Shown here in pieces: positions 20,406 to 29,527 of a stretch of 64,000 bases of DNA; the first letter of the stretch is position 1; each line of letters begins with the position of its first letter. This DNA is from an uncultured Gammaproteobacteria bacterium (GTDB taxonomy: Bacteria > Patescibacteriota > Microgenomatia > UBA10105 > UBA927): positions 6,998 through 70,997 of the forward strand of contig CAZSTG010000005.1 in the NCBI GenBank assembly GCA_964609895.1, read 5' to 3'. Below the pieces are notes generated by a model. That model was given only the letters and a program-made list of their open reading frames with translations, searched no databases and was not told where the DNA came from. A program made the position numbers and the translations under genes.

Positions 20406-20986
20406 GGAGCAACCGTTACATTTATATATGTATACTGTTGTTTGTTACCTTCCAACTCTCCAAGTAATGTGTGCCGTGTCTGCAGCGATGCATCAATAAG
20501 CGTGCCGATCGCCAAATCCGTAGCTTCTTCTTTTTCCGGTGTCCATTGAAATTCATCCGGCAGCCATTGTTTCATGTATGCGAGTGTCGATATATGCGTT
20601 TTCATAGCCTCAATGAGTATGGTCTTCTGACCACTCATGTCTTTTCCTTCACGTGTCCCCTGTTCCATAAGGGAGACGATGCCCGCAAGCGCTTCGTCGG
20701 ATCTTACAAGCGCATCTGTTGCAAGCAGATATTGTTTATATTCGAACAACGTTTTTGCTTCAACTAGATACTTATCCGACAGTCCGAGATGGTAGCGTAT
20801 CTGCGCAATTGTTCCCCAATGCCAATACCCTTTCAGGGTATCCGTAATTCGAGACACACGATACATTGTGTTCCCCGGCATAAAAGACGGGTATGGAAGA
20901 ACGTACTCGGCACGAACCAATGCCAAATGGCCAATGATAAATGATACATAAAAGAAAACGAGCAAATTAACAAAAAACCTTTTCAT
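20399..20986 (-). CDS. Hypothetical exported or membrane-anchored protein.
   Basis: 195 aa with an N-terminal signal/anchor MKRFFVNLLVFFYVSFIIGHLALVRA, then a hydrophilic, probably alpha-helical domain. I recognise no family motif. Confidence 0.45.
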   Translation of the reverse strand: MKRFFVNLLVFFYVSFIIGHLALVRAEYVLPYPSFMPGNTMYRVSRITDTLKGYWHWGTIAQIRYHLGLSDKYLVEAKTLFEYKQYLLATDALVRSDEALAGIVSLMEQGTREGKDMSGQKTILIEAMKTHISTLAYMKQWLPDEFQWTPEKEEATDLAIGTLIDASLQTRHTLLGELEGNKQQYTYINVTVAPW

Positions 20987-21741
20987 AGCATGTTTCTGTA
21001 TTTTTTATACGCAATCGGAAAGTGAAGCGCTGACCAATATGCAAACACCAGCCCATACCACCCGTCCATAAACCCTTTGTGCCTTACAAACAAAAGAAAA
21101 AACATTTTAACTGGTTGCCAAATCATATAAGAACACCATGTCCGGATATTCACGGGAATGTTTTTTTCCTTCATAAACATCGCAGTTAAACTCGTGTATG
21201 AATCGGCTTTTTTCCAATAATCCTCAGATGTTCTGTACGAATAATGCAGCATCGGCTCTTTGATATACCCGATAGCCCCGTCAACAGCAATTTGCTCATG
21301 GACATCTTTGCATGGCAGTTTTGCTTTCCCGTTTTTCACAAGACGAATCACGTAATCGGGATATTGCCCGCCTTTTTTCATGAAATGTCCCCAGAAATTA
21401 TTCCGTCTTGGAATATAATATCCGTTTATTTTTTCATCATTTTCATTCACAATCTGTAAAATTTCATCTTTTAACTCATCGGTAATCACTTCGTCAGCGT
21501 CCATCTGGAGAATCCATGTTCCTTTGCACGCATCCATAGCTTTTTGCTTGTTGATATGAAAAATAGCGGGATTACTCGCAGGAATAATGTGAGAAGTATA
21601 TTTTTTGGCAATAGTAACGGTCTTGTCTGTTGAGCCACCATCGACGACGACAATTTCATCCGTCCATGAAGCAACGGATGCAAGACATGCATCAAGATTT
21701 TTTTCTTCGTTATACACTGCAATCGCCACTGATAATTTCAT
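20983..21741 (-). CDS. Glycosyltransferase family 2 (WaaE/KdtX-like).
   Basis: KLSVAIAVYNEEKNLDACLASVASWTDEIVVVDGGSTDKT. Paralogous to 41855..42613 and 43514..44428. Start corrected to M11 (cat 21739-21741), overlapping the stop at 21738. Confidence 0.75.
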   Translation of the reverse strand: MKLSVAIAVYNEEKNLDACLASVASWTDEIVVVDGGSTDKTVTIAKKYTSHIIPASNPAIFHINKQKAMDACKGTWILQMDADEVITDELKDEILQIVNENDEKINGYYIPRRNNFWGHFMKKGGQYPDYVIRLVKNGKAKLPCKDVHEQIAVDGAIGYIKEPMLHYSYRTSEDYWKKADSYTSLTAMFMKEKNIPVNIRTWCSYMIWQPVKMFFLLFVRHKGFMDGWYGLVFAYWSALHFPIAYKKYRNML

Positions 21742-23396
21742 GCTCTTTTTTTCCATAGAAGTACTCCACATACTGTAATCAGCATAAGTCCAACTGTACT
21801 AAGTGTCACCATATCTGCAATATATCTGAGTTTCGTATCTTCAAAAACAATGTTGACCTCGTGTGTCCCTTCCGTCACCCGAAATGTGATGAGACCTCGA
21901 TATGTCGGATCCTGATATTGTACACCCGTCTGAACCCCATCAACATAGACCTTCCACCCTGGAAAATACAGCGTATTTTCCACAAGTCTTGCGGGCTCAC
22001 GTGCTTCCACGCGATATTCGCGCGTTGTCGTAGTCCTTTTCCCATGTGTGATGATCACTGCACCTTCTGCAATCTCTATGGGAGCCGTTGGTCGATGCTC
22101 CATGAACCGTACAGACCAAATCGGACTGCTTTCGCCTGTGTCGGTTGTTGATTCGTATACGCCACTATAAAAAGACTCCGATTTTTGACTGTACGCTTTT
22201 GGTTTCCACATAAAAACAGTTGATGCCACTGCAATAATGCAAAATATACTGACAATATAATTACCGACAAGCCGTTTATTCACTTTTCGTCGTTCAATAA
22301 TAGAGGCAATACTCACTCCTCCAAGAAGCGCAGATAAAAATACGGACACTGTGAGGAATCGCCATGGAAATTGGAACTTCTGAAGGAGCGAAATGTTCTG
22401 CCAAATAACATTTGATGCAGAAGTCATGATAAACAATGAACCAAAAAACAAGAGCGCGGCGCCAATAACAAATACACGGAGTGACCTCTCCTTCATTTTC
22501 CATACGACCAGCAGTGAGGCAAGCACGCCAATCCACTGGGCAACACCAACAGACTTCGTTATCTCATTCCCTTGTCCATAGTTCCATGGGGAATAAAAAA
22601 ACCATGAAAATGGAACAAATCTACTACCAAATTCATTTGCAGTTACGATGTCTCGAAGTGTATATTTTCCTTCAAAAAACGCTGGCACCCAAAAAAATGC
22701 GGCTATACTGAAACCCAATAAGAAAAAATATACAGACGGAATTAAAAAACGCAAAGATTTTTTACCTTGGGTGAAAAAAAGATATATCCAATATAGCCCA
22801 ATAATCGGCAAAAACATGATTGCTATGGCATTGTGAGACAAAATCAGTGCGCCAATGGACAACGTTAAACCAATGCCATGCATGAGCCGCCTGCCTTTTG
22901 AATAATCAGTGGTTTTTGACAATAAAAACAAAAAATAACAGATAAGCGGGGGAAACACAAATGCCATATGTTCACCAATTGCACCCCGTACATACAAGTC
23001 GACAAACCGGTACGGGGCAAACCCGTAGAGAATGGCTGCAATCATCCCTGCGCGTTTTCCGAACGCGGTCTTTATCCATACATACATGGCAAGAATGCTT
23101 GCGATAAACGCTGCGGCAAACACCATCTTGGTTGCATCAACATAGGAAAATCCGAACCAATGAAAGAATGAACCGACATAGGAAGACATCGGATACAAAA
23201 ACATAAGTATCGGATGTCCGTATCCCCAATTCAAATTACTCGCCCAACGTGGAACAATATTCCCTTCAGAAAGACTCGCAAAAAAACTTGCGATACGTGC
23301 GACATGATCCTGCCCATCATGTGTTATGGGCAGTCCCTGCGGAACAAGTCCTGTCAGAGGTGCAAGACTCACGATAAGAAGAATAATCCAGTTCAT
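21738..23396 (-). CDS. 'PTPS-related'-type polytopic membrane protein. Paralog 2 of 4.
   Basis: ITHDGQDHVARIASFFASLSEGNIVPRWASNLNWGYGHPILMFLYP. C-terminal LYFPGWKVYVDG...TEGTHEVNIVF plus a terminal TM. Confidence 0.6.
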   Translation of the reverse strand: MNWIILLIVSLAPLTGLVPQGLPITHDGQDHVARIASFFASLSEGNIVPRWASNLNWGYGHPILMFLYPMSSYVGSFFHWFGFSYVDATKMVFAAAFIASILAMYVWIKTAFGKRAGMIAAILYGFAPYRFVDLYVRGAIGEHMAFVFPPLICYFLFLLSKTTDYSKGRRLMHGIGLTLSIGALILSHNAIAIMFLPIIGLYWIYLFFTQGKKSLRFLIPSVYFFLLGFSIAAFFWVPAFFEGKYTLRDIVTANEFGSRFVPFSWFFYSPWNYGQGNEITKSVGVAQWIGVLASLLVVWKMKERSLRVFVIGAALLFFGSLFIMTSASNVIWQNISLLQKFQFPWRFLTVSVFLSALLGGVSIASIIERRKVNKRLVGNYIVSIFCIIAVASTVFMWKPKAYSQKSESFYSGVYESTTDTGESSPIWSVRFMEHRPTAPIEIAEGAVIITHGKRTTTTREYRVEAREPARLVENTLYFPGWKVYVDGVQTGVQYQDPTYRGLITFRVTEGTHEVNIVFEDTKLRYIADMVTLSTVGLMLITVCGVLLWKKRA

Positions 23397-23401
23397 ATTG
23401 T

Positions 23402-25021
23402 TTATTGTGCTATATGTATCGCAGCGCGTCCGTCCAGATATTTGATCACTCCTAAATTGGCATCGGGAATCTCGCTCGGAGTTCCGATATATAACGTCGT
23501 GCCGTCTTTTGTTTCGGTACTCCAGTTGATCGGCCTAAAATCATACACATCAAAATGGTTTTTCACTTCCCGAAATCCGCCGGACGCAGTACCACCTTCA
23601 AGCTGATATTTTTTTGGGTCGTATTTCGTATAGAACAAGAAAAACATATGCGGCTGTTCCAGCTTCGTCGAGACGACAATTTTTTTGTATTCACCCTTAT
23701 GTGCTTCTGCATACTCCACCGCTTGTTGATATCCATACTGCCAATAATCTGAGTACTCTTTATCCATGTGCACAAAATACATGTGCAGATAATACACAAC
23801 GTTAAACAACGCAAAAAATAAAATAACAGGCAGTGTTGTTTTTCTCCAATTTCTTCCATTCTTCATCCACACGATATACTCATATATTCCAAATGCCGTA
23901 AAAATCTGGAACACCGGCAAAAATACCAATGTACGGATTGCATGCGGAAGTCCTGTGGTTACAGAGGCAGGAATCGGTGCGAGAAACATCCAAACAAACA
24001 AAAACACAGCGAGTTTTCCGCCACGTTTTGCGATACTCACAATTCCCCAAAAAAGAAACGGAAGCTCAACAAGGTACAACAACCCCATGTCCGGTGCGTG
24101 ATGACGCGGAAGATCACCCTGCAAGAATAACCATTTGAATGAAAAGTGTGAAAGGTATCCGTCAACAACAGTTTTTACCCATACGATCCGCCGGTTATCA
24201 AACAACATACCGAAGGTATCGTTTCGTGCAATATCATCCTCAAGAAGCTTCACACTCGACGACAACAGTGCTGTCTGATCTGACAGGGAACTTGTCCCTT
24301 TAAGACGCATCAAAGTCGTCGGATTCGTAAACATGACAATCATCGGAATAACGGTTACAAGTCCGACTGCGACGGCTGCATACACTGTTTTTTTGTTCAA
24401 CCAAACTTCTTTCCAGTCAAGAACGGTTAAAAGCAGCAAAAACATCGGTGCGAATATCCGCTCGCTGTGATATGCATACAGAGACAGACCAAACAAAAGT
24501 GCACTCACCCACAATGTCTTTTTGTTTCTTAAAAAGAAATACGCAGCCCAGATATTGAGTGTCACACCGGTATTTGCCTCAAATGCGATGCGCGAAAACT
24601 GAATATGCCACGGAGAAACAGCAAGCAGGAATGCGGCAATAAGCGGAACACTTCCAATAATCTTTTTGTCTTTGCCCCATTTGAAAAGCAGTTCCCTGAC
24701 AAAAAAGAACGTACCGATAACGGCAAGTATTCCCATCAATGCTGATGGCAATCGAGTTGACCACACAGATAAACCAAATATCGCAACCGATGGGATGGTC
24801 ATATACATATATAATGGTGGCTTGTAATCATCAAATGACCGAAGGGACAAAGGAAATGCGGTGCCGTATTCATCTCTTCCCGTAAGCAAAACCGAATAGG
24901 CATTGTATCCGAGTGCCGCCTCATCCCAGTCGGGACTTGGCGGGGTCGCACCAAGATTCCACAACCTCACCATGGCCGCTACAAAGACAATCACTATCAA
25001 TACTATCCATGTTCGTTTCAT
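23402..25021 (-). CDS. GT-C glycosyltransferase, ArnT/PMT (GT39/83)-like. Tandem paralog A.
   Basis: WDEAALGYNAYSVLLTGRDEYGTAFPLSLRSFDDYKPPLYMYMT carries the DE...hPPL loop. Start corrected to MKRTWIVLIV (cat 25019-25021). Confidence 0.65.
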   Translation of the reverse strand: MKRTWIVLIVIVFVAAMVRLWNLGATPPSPDWDEAALGYNAYSVLLTGRDEYGTAFPLSLRSFDDYKPPLYMYMTIPSVAIFGLSVWSTRLPSALMGILAVIGTFFFVRELLFKWGKDKKIIGSVPLIAAFLLAVSPWHIQFSRIAFEANTGVTLNIWAAYFFLRNKKTLWVSALLFGLSLYAYHSERIFAPMFLLLLTVLDWKEVWLNKKTVYAAVAVGLVTVIPMIVMFTNPTTLMRLKGTSSLSDQTALLSSSVKLLEDDIARNDTFGMLFDNRRIVWVKTVVDGYLSHFSFKWLFLQGDLPRHHAPDMGLLYLVELPFLFWGIVSIAKRGGKLAVFLFVWMFLAPIPASVTTGLPHAIRTLVFLPVFQIFTAFGIYEYIVWMKNGRNWRKTTLPVILFFALFNVVYYLHMYFVHMDKEYSDYWQYGYQQAVEYAEAHKGEYKKIVVSTKLEQPHMFFLFYTKYDPKKYQLEGGTASGGFREVKNHFDVYDFRPINWSTETKDGTTLYIGTPSEIPDANLGVIKYLDGRAAIHIAQ

Positions 25022-25022
25022 A

Positions 25023-26681
25023 TTATTTCGCATCAAACAATACCAATCTGTCACTTCCGTCCAAAAGCGTGATTTTTTGAACGATGTGTGCGCCGTCGGG
25101 CACCCAACCCGCATCTCCTATATACAAAGCATTCTTTTCCAACGCCCCTGACGGCATGGCATCAATAAAGCGATATTTTCCAAACCCATACACATGATAA
25201 AAACCGGCCGTGTCAAATGTGGCATCCTTCAATTTCAAATATTCCGTCGGATCAAACACTGTATAAAACAACGTGTACATATATGGTCTGCCGATCGTTG
25301 ATGAAATATAAATTTTGTCGTAATTCGCTTCTATTTTTTGAGCTGCTTCAATTGCAGGTTTGTATCCATACTGCCATTCACCGGAATAGACTCCGGCATA
25401 ATGAGCGTAATAATTATGTACATAATATCCAATACTAAACGCATAGATACACACAAACACACTTCCAATTCCTATTGCTGCAGTTTTTTTGTACTTCCCG
25501 AATGTTTTTGCTACCCATCCGAAAATCACTGTTATTCCATATGCAACCAGTATCTGCCATACAGGAAGAGAGTTGAGAATCCGCAGTGCATGCGGTGTTT
25601 CACGGGCAGTTGCAGCAGGAACAATCGCAAGTAAAATCCAAACGAGCAATACCCATGCAATCTGCGGAGCTGTCACAAATAAGGTAATCAAACCGATTGC
25701 AAGAAGAGGAGCTTCTATCATATACATCTGTCCAACTACTTGCGTAGAAAACTTCGGATTCCCATCACCTTTTACAAATAGAAATGACGGCTGAAGATTG
25801 TCCGCAAAATGCCTGAGATAGGACAATGCATATCCGACACGACGGTTATGCAGTATTTTCCCAATCATCGAATTACCATCATATGCCATCCGTTCGTTTG
25901 AAGTTACGACTACAGAGGCATCTGTAAATATATTCACTTCTTCAAAGCGTAGTCGTGCTTCAGGTGATACAAGGTGCGGCACAATAGGTATCATCATAAA
26001 CGTTGCAATCACTGCACCCACAAGAAATTGTTTCCAACATGCAATAATTGATTTCCAAAATAGTACACAAAGAACTAATCCAAATAGTGGGACGAAATAT
26101 CGAGCACTATTAAATGTATAGACAGAAGATACAAACGGAAGCCATGCGACAATCCATACGTTGGGTTTACCAACCGCATTAAGAATCAGGTAAACACCAA
26201 GAACGACAAAAAATAATGCGATGTTTGCCTCAAATCCCGCTCTTGAGAGATTCACATGCCATGGGGAAACAGCAAGTACAGTGGATGAAAGAAGTGCAAT
26301 TTGTTGAATGGTGGCTTTTCCCAGTTTCGATAGGTAAAACAATCTCGTCACTAAAAAGAATGTGAGGAGCACGGTCAACGTACCGAACAACGCGGAAGGA
26401 AACCTGACGGCAAAATCAGTCAGTCCGAATATCCAAACAGACGGCACCGTGAGATATATGGCGAGGGGCGGTTTATAATCCCCATATGCTACGAATGTGT
26501 CTACAGGGAAAAATTTCCCATGCTCATCTTTTCCAATTTTCAAAATAGAATAGGCATTGTATCCGATAGACACTTCATCCCATGATAATGCAGGAGGTAT
26601 GGAAGCGACCTTGTTTATCCGCAAAAAGAATGCCCCCAGTGTAATACAGACAAGTGCGATAATTGTTCCTGCTTTTTTCAT
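25023..26681 (-). CDS. GT-C glycosyltransferase, ArnT/PMT-like. Tandem paralog B.
   Basis: WDEVSIGYNAYSILKIGKDEHGKFFPVDTFVAYGDYKPPLAIYLT is co-linear with 23402..25021. Confidence 0.65.
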   Translation of the reverse strand: MKKAGTIIALVCITLGAFFLRINKVASIPPALSWDEVSIGYNAYSILKIGKDEHGKFFPVDTFVAYGDYKPPLAIYLTVPSVWIFGLTDFAVRFPSALFGTLTVLLTFFLVTRLFYLSKLGKATIQQIALLSSTVLAVSPWHVNLSRAGFEANIALFFVVLGVYLILNAVGKPNVWIVAWLPFVSSVYTFNSARYFVPLFGLVLCVLFWKSIIACWKQFLVGAVIATFMMIPIVPHLVSPEARLRFEEVNIFTDASVVVTSNERMAYDGNSMIGKILHNRRVGYALSYLRHFADNLQPSFLFVKGDGNPKFSTQVVGQMYMIEAPLLAIGLITLFVTAPQIAWVLLVWILLAIVPAATARETPHALRILNSLPVWQILVAYGITVIFGWVAKTFGKYKKTAAIGIGSVFVCIYAFSIGYYVHNYYAHYAGVYSGEWQYGYKPAIEAAQKIEANYDKIYISSTIGRPYMYTLFYTVFDPTEYLKLKDATFDTAGFYHVYGFGKYRFIDAMPSGALEKNALYIGDAGWVPDGAHIVQKITLLDGSDRLVLFDAK

Positions 26682-27964
26682 ACAGAAAACGTTTTTTCCT
26701 CATCCAACAACTTCAAAATACCAATCATAAAAAGCGTTGCGATATATGCCACATGGCTGTTATTAAAATACCGACTTGTATACCAAAATAAAAACAGTGT
26801 GATTGCATGGATAACAAAAATAAATCCAATGGACTGATATTTCTTTAGCATTGTAACGCCGGCGATAAGCCCAGGGATCCCTATACCCAATTGCCACGCC
26901 ATAAACGGATAAAATGCGTGCGTATCACTGATTACGCGAAAACCAATAAGAAGCATGCCCAATCCATACCCTGATATCGGATAACTGTTTGGACTATTAC
27001 CTGACAGATAAAAAATCACACTGTCTAAAAATGCTTTCGCGTCCCACAAAAGAAATGGGGTAACAAATAGTGCGCCAACCACTCCACCGACGATGATATA
27101 CCCAAAAAACTGTTTCCATGACACTTTAGAAACCAATATGAGATACCCCAATACAACAGGCACGGCAAACCACGCGGTCTGTTTGGTAAGCGCAGCAAGT
27201 GCGACCATCATCGCACTCCACACATACTGTTTCTTACTGATTAAAAATACAGCGAGTACAAACCACCATAACACGAGCATGTCACTTCTTCCTTCAATTA
27301 AATATCCAATTGACGCAGGATTTAGTCCAATTGCCATAATTGCAAGACGAGCAATGTCTTTGTTTGAAAGCCACAAATATAACACAACCAAAAGTCCAAT
27401 TGTAGCTGCAAGAAGTGGCATCCTTCCGTCAAAATACCCAACAGTTCGCATGGACATAAAATAAAACGGATACGCGGACAGCAAATACCATGGTGGCATC
27501 ACAAAATGATATAAGGCAGGGTTTACCGCATCTTTATCACCTTCTCCGTATGTCCACTGCTCCATCGGCGTACCAAAATATGTTTCTTTATACGGATTTT
27601 TTCCGTCACCCAAATACCTGAGAGCCGCCTCAAGCTGCAAAATAATGTCATGTGTTTTATAATTCTGCCCCGGTGCAATGCGCCCACGATCCACAATAGC
27701 TGTGCCGATGCTTCCAACTAGCACAATAAGCACAATAGCCCATGTAAGTATGGTTTTTATGAGCTCAATCTTTTTTGCATTCCCTGATGCAAGCAACGAA
27801 TACAAAATATTGACGATATTGAGAAGAAAATAGAAAAGAAACAATACGTATGATGTACCCTCTCCAGGAGATATTTTATATCCCATGACCACCGGAACTG
27901 TAACAATAAAAAGAAGTGATGCCACGAACGCCGAAAAAAGATTTTTGCCTCCGAAGGTCTTCAT
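26678..27964 (-). CDS. Polytopic membrane protein of unknown family.
   Basis: 428 aa with at least 10 hydrophobic helices. ATGA overlap at 26678-26681. No diagnostic motif recognised. Confidence 0.45.
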   Translation of the reverse strand: MKTFGGKNLFSAFVASLLFIVTVPVVMGYKISPGEGTSYVLFLFYFLLNIVNILYSLLASGNAKKIELIKTILTWAIVLIVLVGSIGTAIVDRGRIAPGQNYKTHDIILQLEAALRYLGDGKNPYKETYFGTPMEQWTYGEGDKDAVNPALYHFVMPPWYLLSAYPFYFMSMRTVGYFDGRMPLLAATIGLLVVLYLWLSNKDIARLAIMAIGLNPASIGYLIEGRSDMLVLWWFVLAVFLISKKQYVWSAMMVALAALTKQTAWFAVPVVLGYLILVSKVSWKQFFGYIIVGGVVGALFVTPFLLWDAKAFLDSVIFYLSGNSPNSYPISGYGLGMLLIGFRVISDTHAFYPFMAWQLGIGIPGLIAGVTMLKKYQSIGFIFVIHAITLFLFWYTSRYFNNSHVAYIATLFMIGILKLLDEEKTFSV

Positions 27965-28004
27965 ACGATATATCTCATTGTATCATGGAAGAACGGCTTT
28001 TTCC

Positions 28005-29477
28005 TCACCGCGAGTAAAGAAATAACACTGAATTTCCTACGTGTTCTGCTTTCTCATACTTCCACTTGTCAAACGGTACATTCGGTGTATCAAGCGGACA
28101 AATTTCCGACCAACACATGATGCTCAGCTTTCCTGCTGGCGGTGCTTCCGGACATGCGTTCTCACAAATAATAAAGAGCCTTTTATTATCGACTTCATCG
28201 ATGGATACAGATGATAATCCATACAATTTGAAAAAATACCTGATATGTAAATCATTAAATGAACGGGAATTCATTACCGTGAATGCAAACGGCTGGCCAT
28301 CTGCAAGCAATGCAATTTTTTCGGTTATTGCCGTAATTCTCGGCAGGTCAGCATCAATGATCTTGTATGGGTGTATTGCTGTCCAAGAGATACAGCCTGC
28401 GCATATGGCCGCACCAATACTCACGACAATAATCATTCGTGTATGCACACTTGAAAGTGCGCCAGCCAGAAGCAAAAAAACAACAGGAATCAGCTGATAT
28501 GCATATTGCGGTTGTATCGTATCTTTATAGAACGCCAACACGCATACTCCAAAACAAAACCATACCACAAACAGCAATGATTCCCTGCTTCGTTTTATTC
28601 CATTCACAAGCAAAACAACACAAGCAATGCCGATAAGTGCACCTTTGTGTTCAAGAGCAATAACATATTTCCATAACGCTATGACGATCTCTCCCGCATT
28701 CATAATGTATGCCCGTTTTGAAAATAATGTATCCTTGTAGGACATCGTCGCGAAACTCCTCGTAATATCTATAAATCCGCGATTTGCCTCATACACGAGA
28801 AACGGATACAACAATGCACCTCCTACAATCACTGCTCCGGCTATCCATAACCATATTGATTTCTTTGTATCATTTTTTACCCGATGTATCACAATGGCGA
28901 TACAAACAATGCCCGTCGGAATCAGAGAAATAGCATTCACATAATGCAGTTGTATAAGTGCTGTCGCCGCAACAGCCATAGGGAGAAACCCCCAATATTT
29001 TTTCTTCTTTCCCACCAAAGATAAGGAAACAACTAGTAACAGTACAAAAAACGGAATGGGCGTCGGGTTCCACAATCGCCTGTCCTGCATAATAAGTATT
29101 GGCGAACATGCCATAAGCCAACTCACGATGTATGCCACCTGAAATCCGAACAGTGATGAGGCAACATATAAAAACAGCAGAATCGCCACGACGCTCAGTA
29201 CACACATTGCAATCGCGGGCACAACCGGATTAAATCCAAACAGCAAAAACGCAGGAGCAATAAGATAGTAATAGAATGGTCCTGTATACTGACCGGCACC
29301 GACAGTCGGACCGACGACAGGTACTGTCCGTTGCTCTACTGCTTTGTAAATTGCCAGTCCGTCTCTTCCCTGATCGCCCAAAAACTCCGTCGTGTCACCG
29401 ATTTTATACAATCTCAAACACAATGCCGCTGCAACAAGAAAACATATAAGGATGATGCGTCTGATGTTTTTCTGCAT
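28005..29477 (-). CDS. GT-C membrane glycosyltransferase, ArnT-like. Paralog of 53332..54873.
   Basis: LRLYKIGDTTEFLGDQGRDGLAIYKAV... aligns with the 53332 protein (LRLYKINEYMTFLGDEGRDVLVVKRM...). 490 aa, polytopic. Confidence 0.55.
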   Translation of the reverse strand: MQKNIRRIILICFLVAAALCLRLYKIGDTTEFLGDQGRDGLAIYKAVEQRTVPVVGPTVGAGQYTGPFYYYLIAPAFLLFGFNPVVPAIAMCVLSVVAILLFLYVASSLFGFQVAYIVSWLMACSPILIMQDRRLWNPTPIPFFVLLLVVSLSLVGKKKKYWGFLPMAVAATALIQLHYVNAISLIPTGIVCIAIVIHRVKNDTKKSIWLWIAGAVIVGGALLYPFLVYEANRGFIDITRSFATMSYKDTLFSKRAYIMNAGEIVIALWKYVIALEHKGALIGIACVVLLVNGIKRSRESLLFVVWFCFGVCVLAFYKDTIQPQYAYQLIPVVFLLLAGALSSVHTRMIIVVSIGAAICAGCISWTAIHPYKIIDADLPRITAITEKIALLADGQPFAFTVMNSRSFNDLHIRYFFKLYGLSSVSIDEVDNKRLFIICENACPEAPPAGKLSIMCWSEICPLDTPNVPFDKWKYEKAEHVGNSVLFLYSR

Positions 29478-29527
29478 ACGCCCTATGGCAAATGTAGGAA
29501 TATATATAGTATATAATAGATACGCAT
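29478..29527. promoter_or_regulatory. AT-rich divergent intergenic region, putative bidirectional promoter.
   Basis: 50 nt between divergent starts (cat 29475-29477, atg 29528-29530). TATAAT lies at 29513-29518, only about 9 nt upstream of the + strand ATG, which suggests a leaderless or short-leader transcript. The opposite strand has TATATT-like boxes. Confidence 0.35.
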
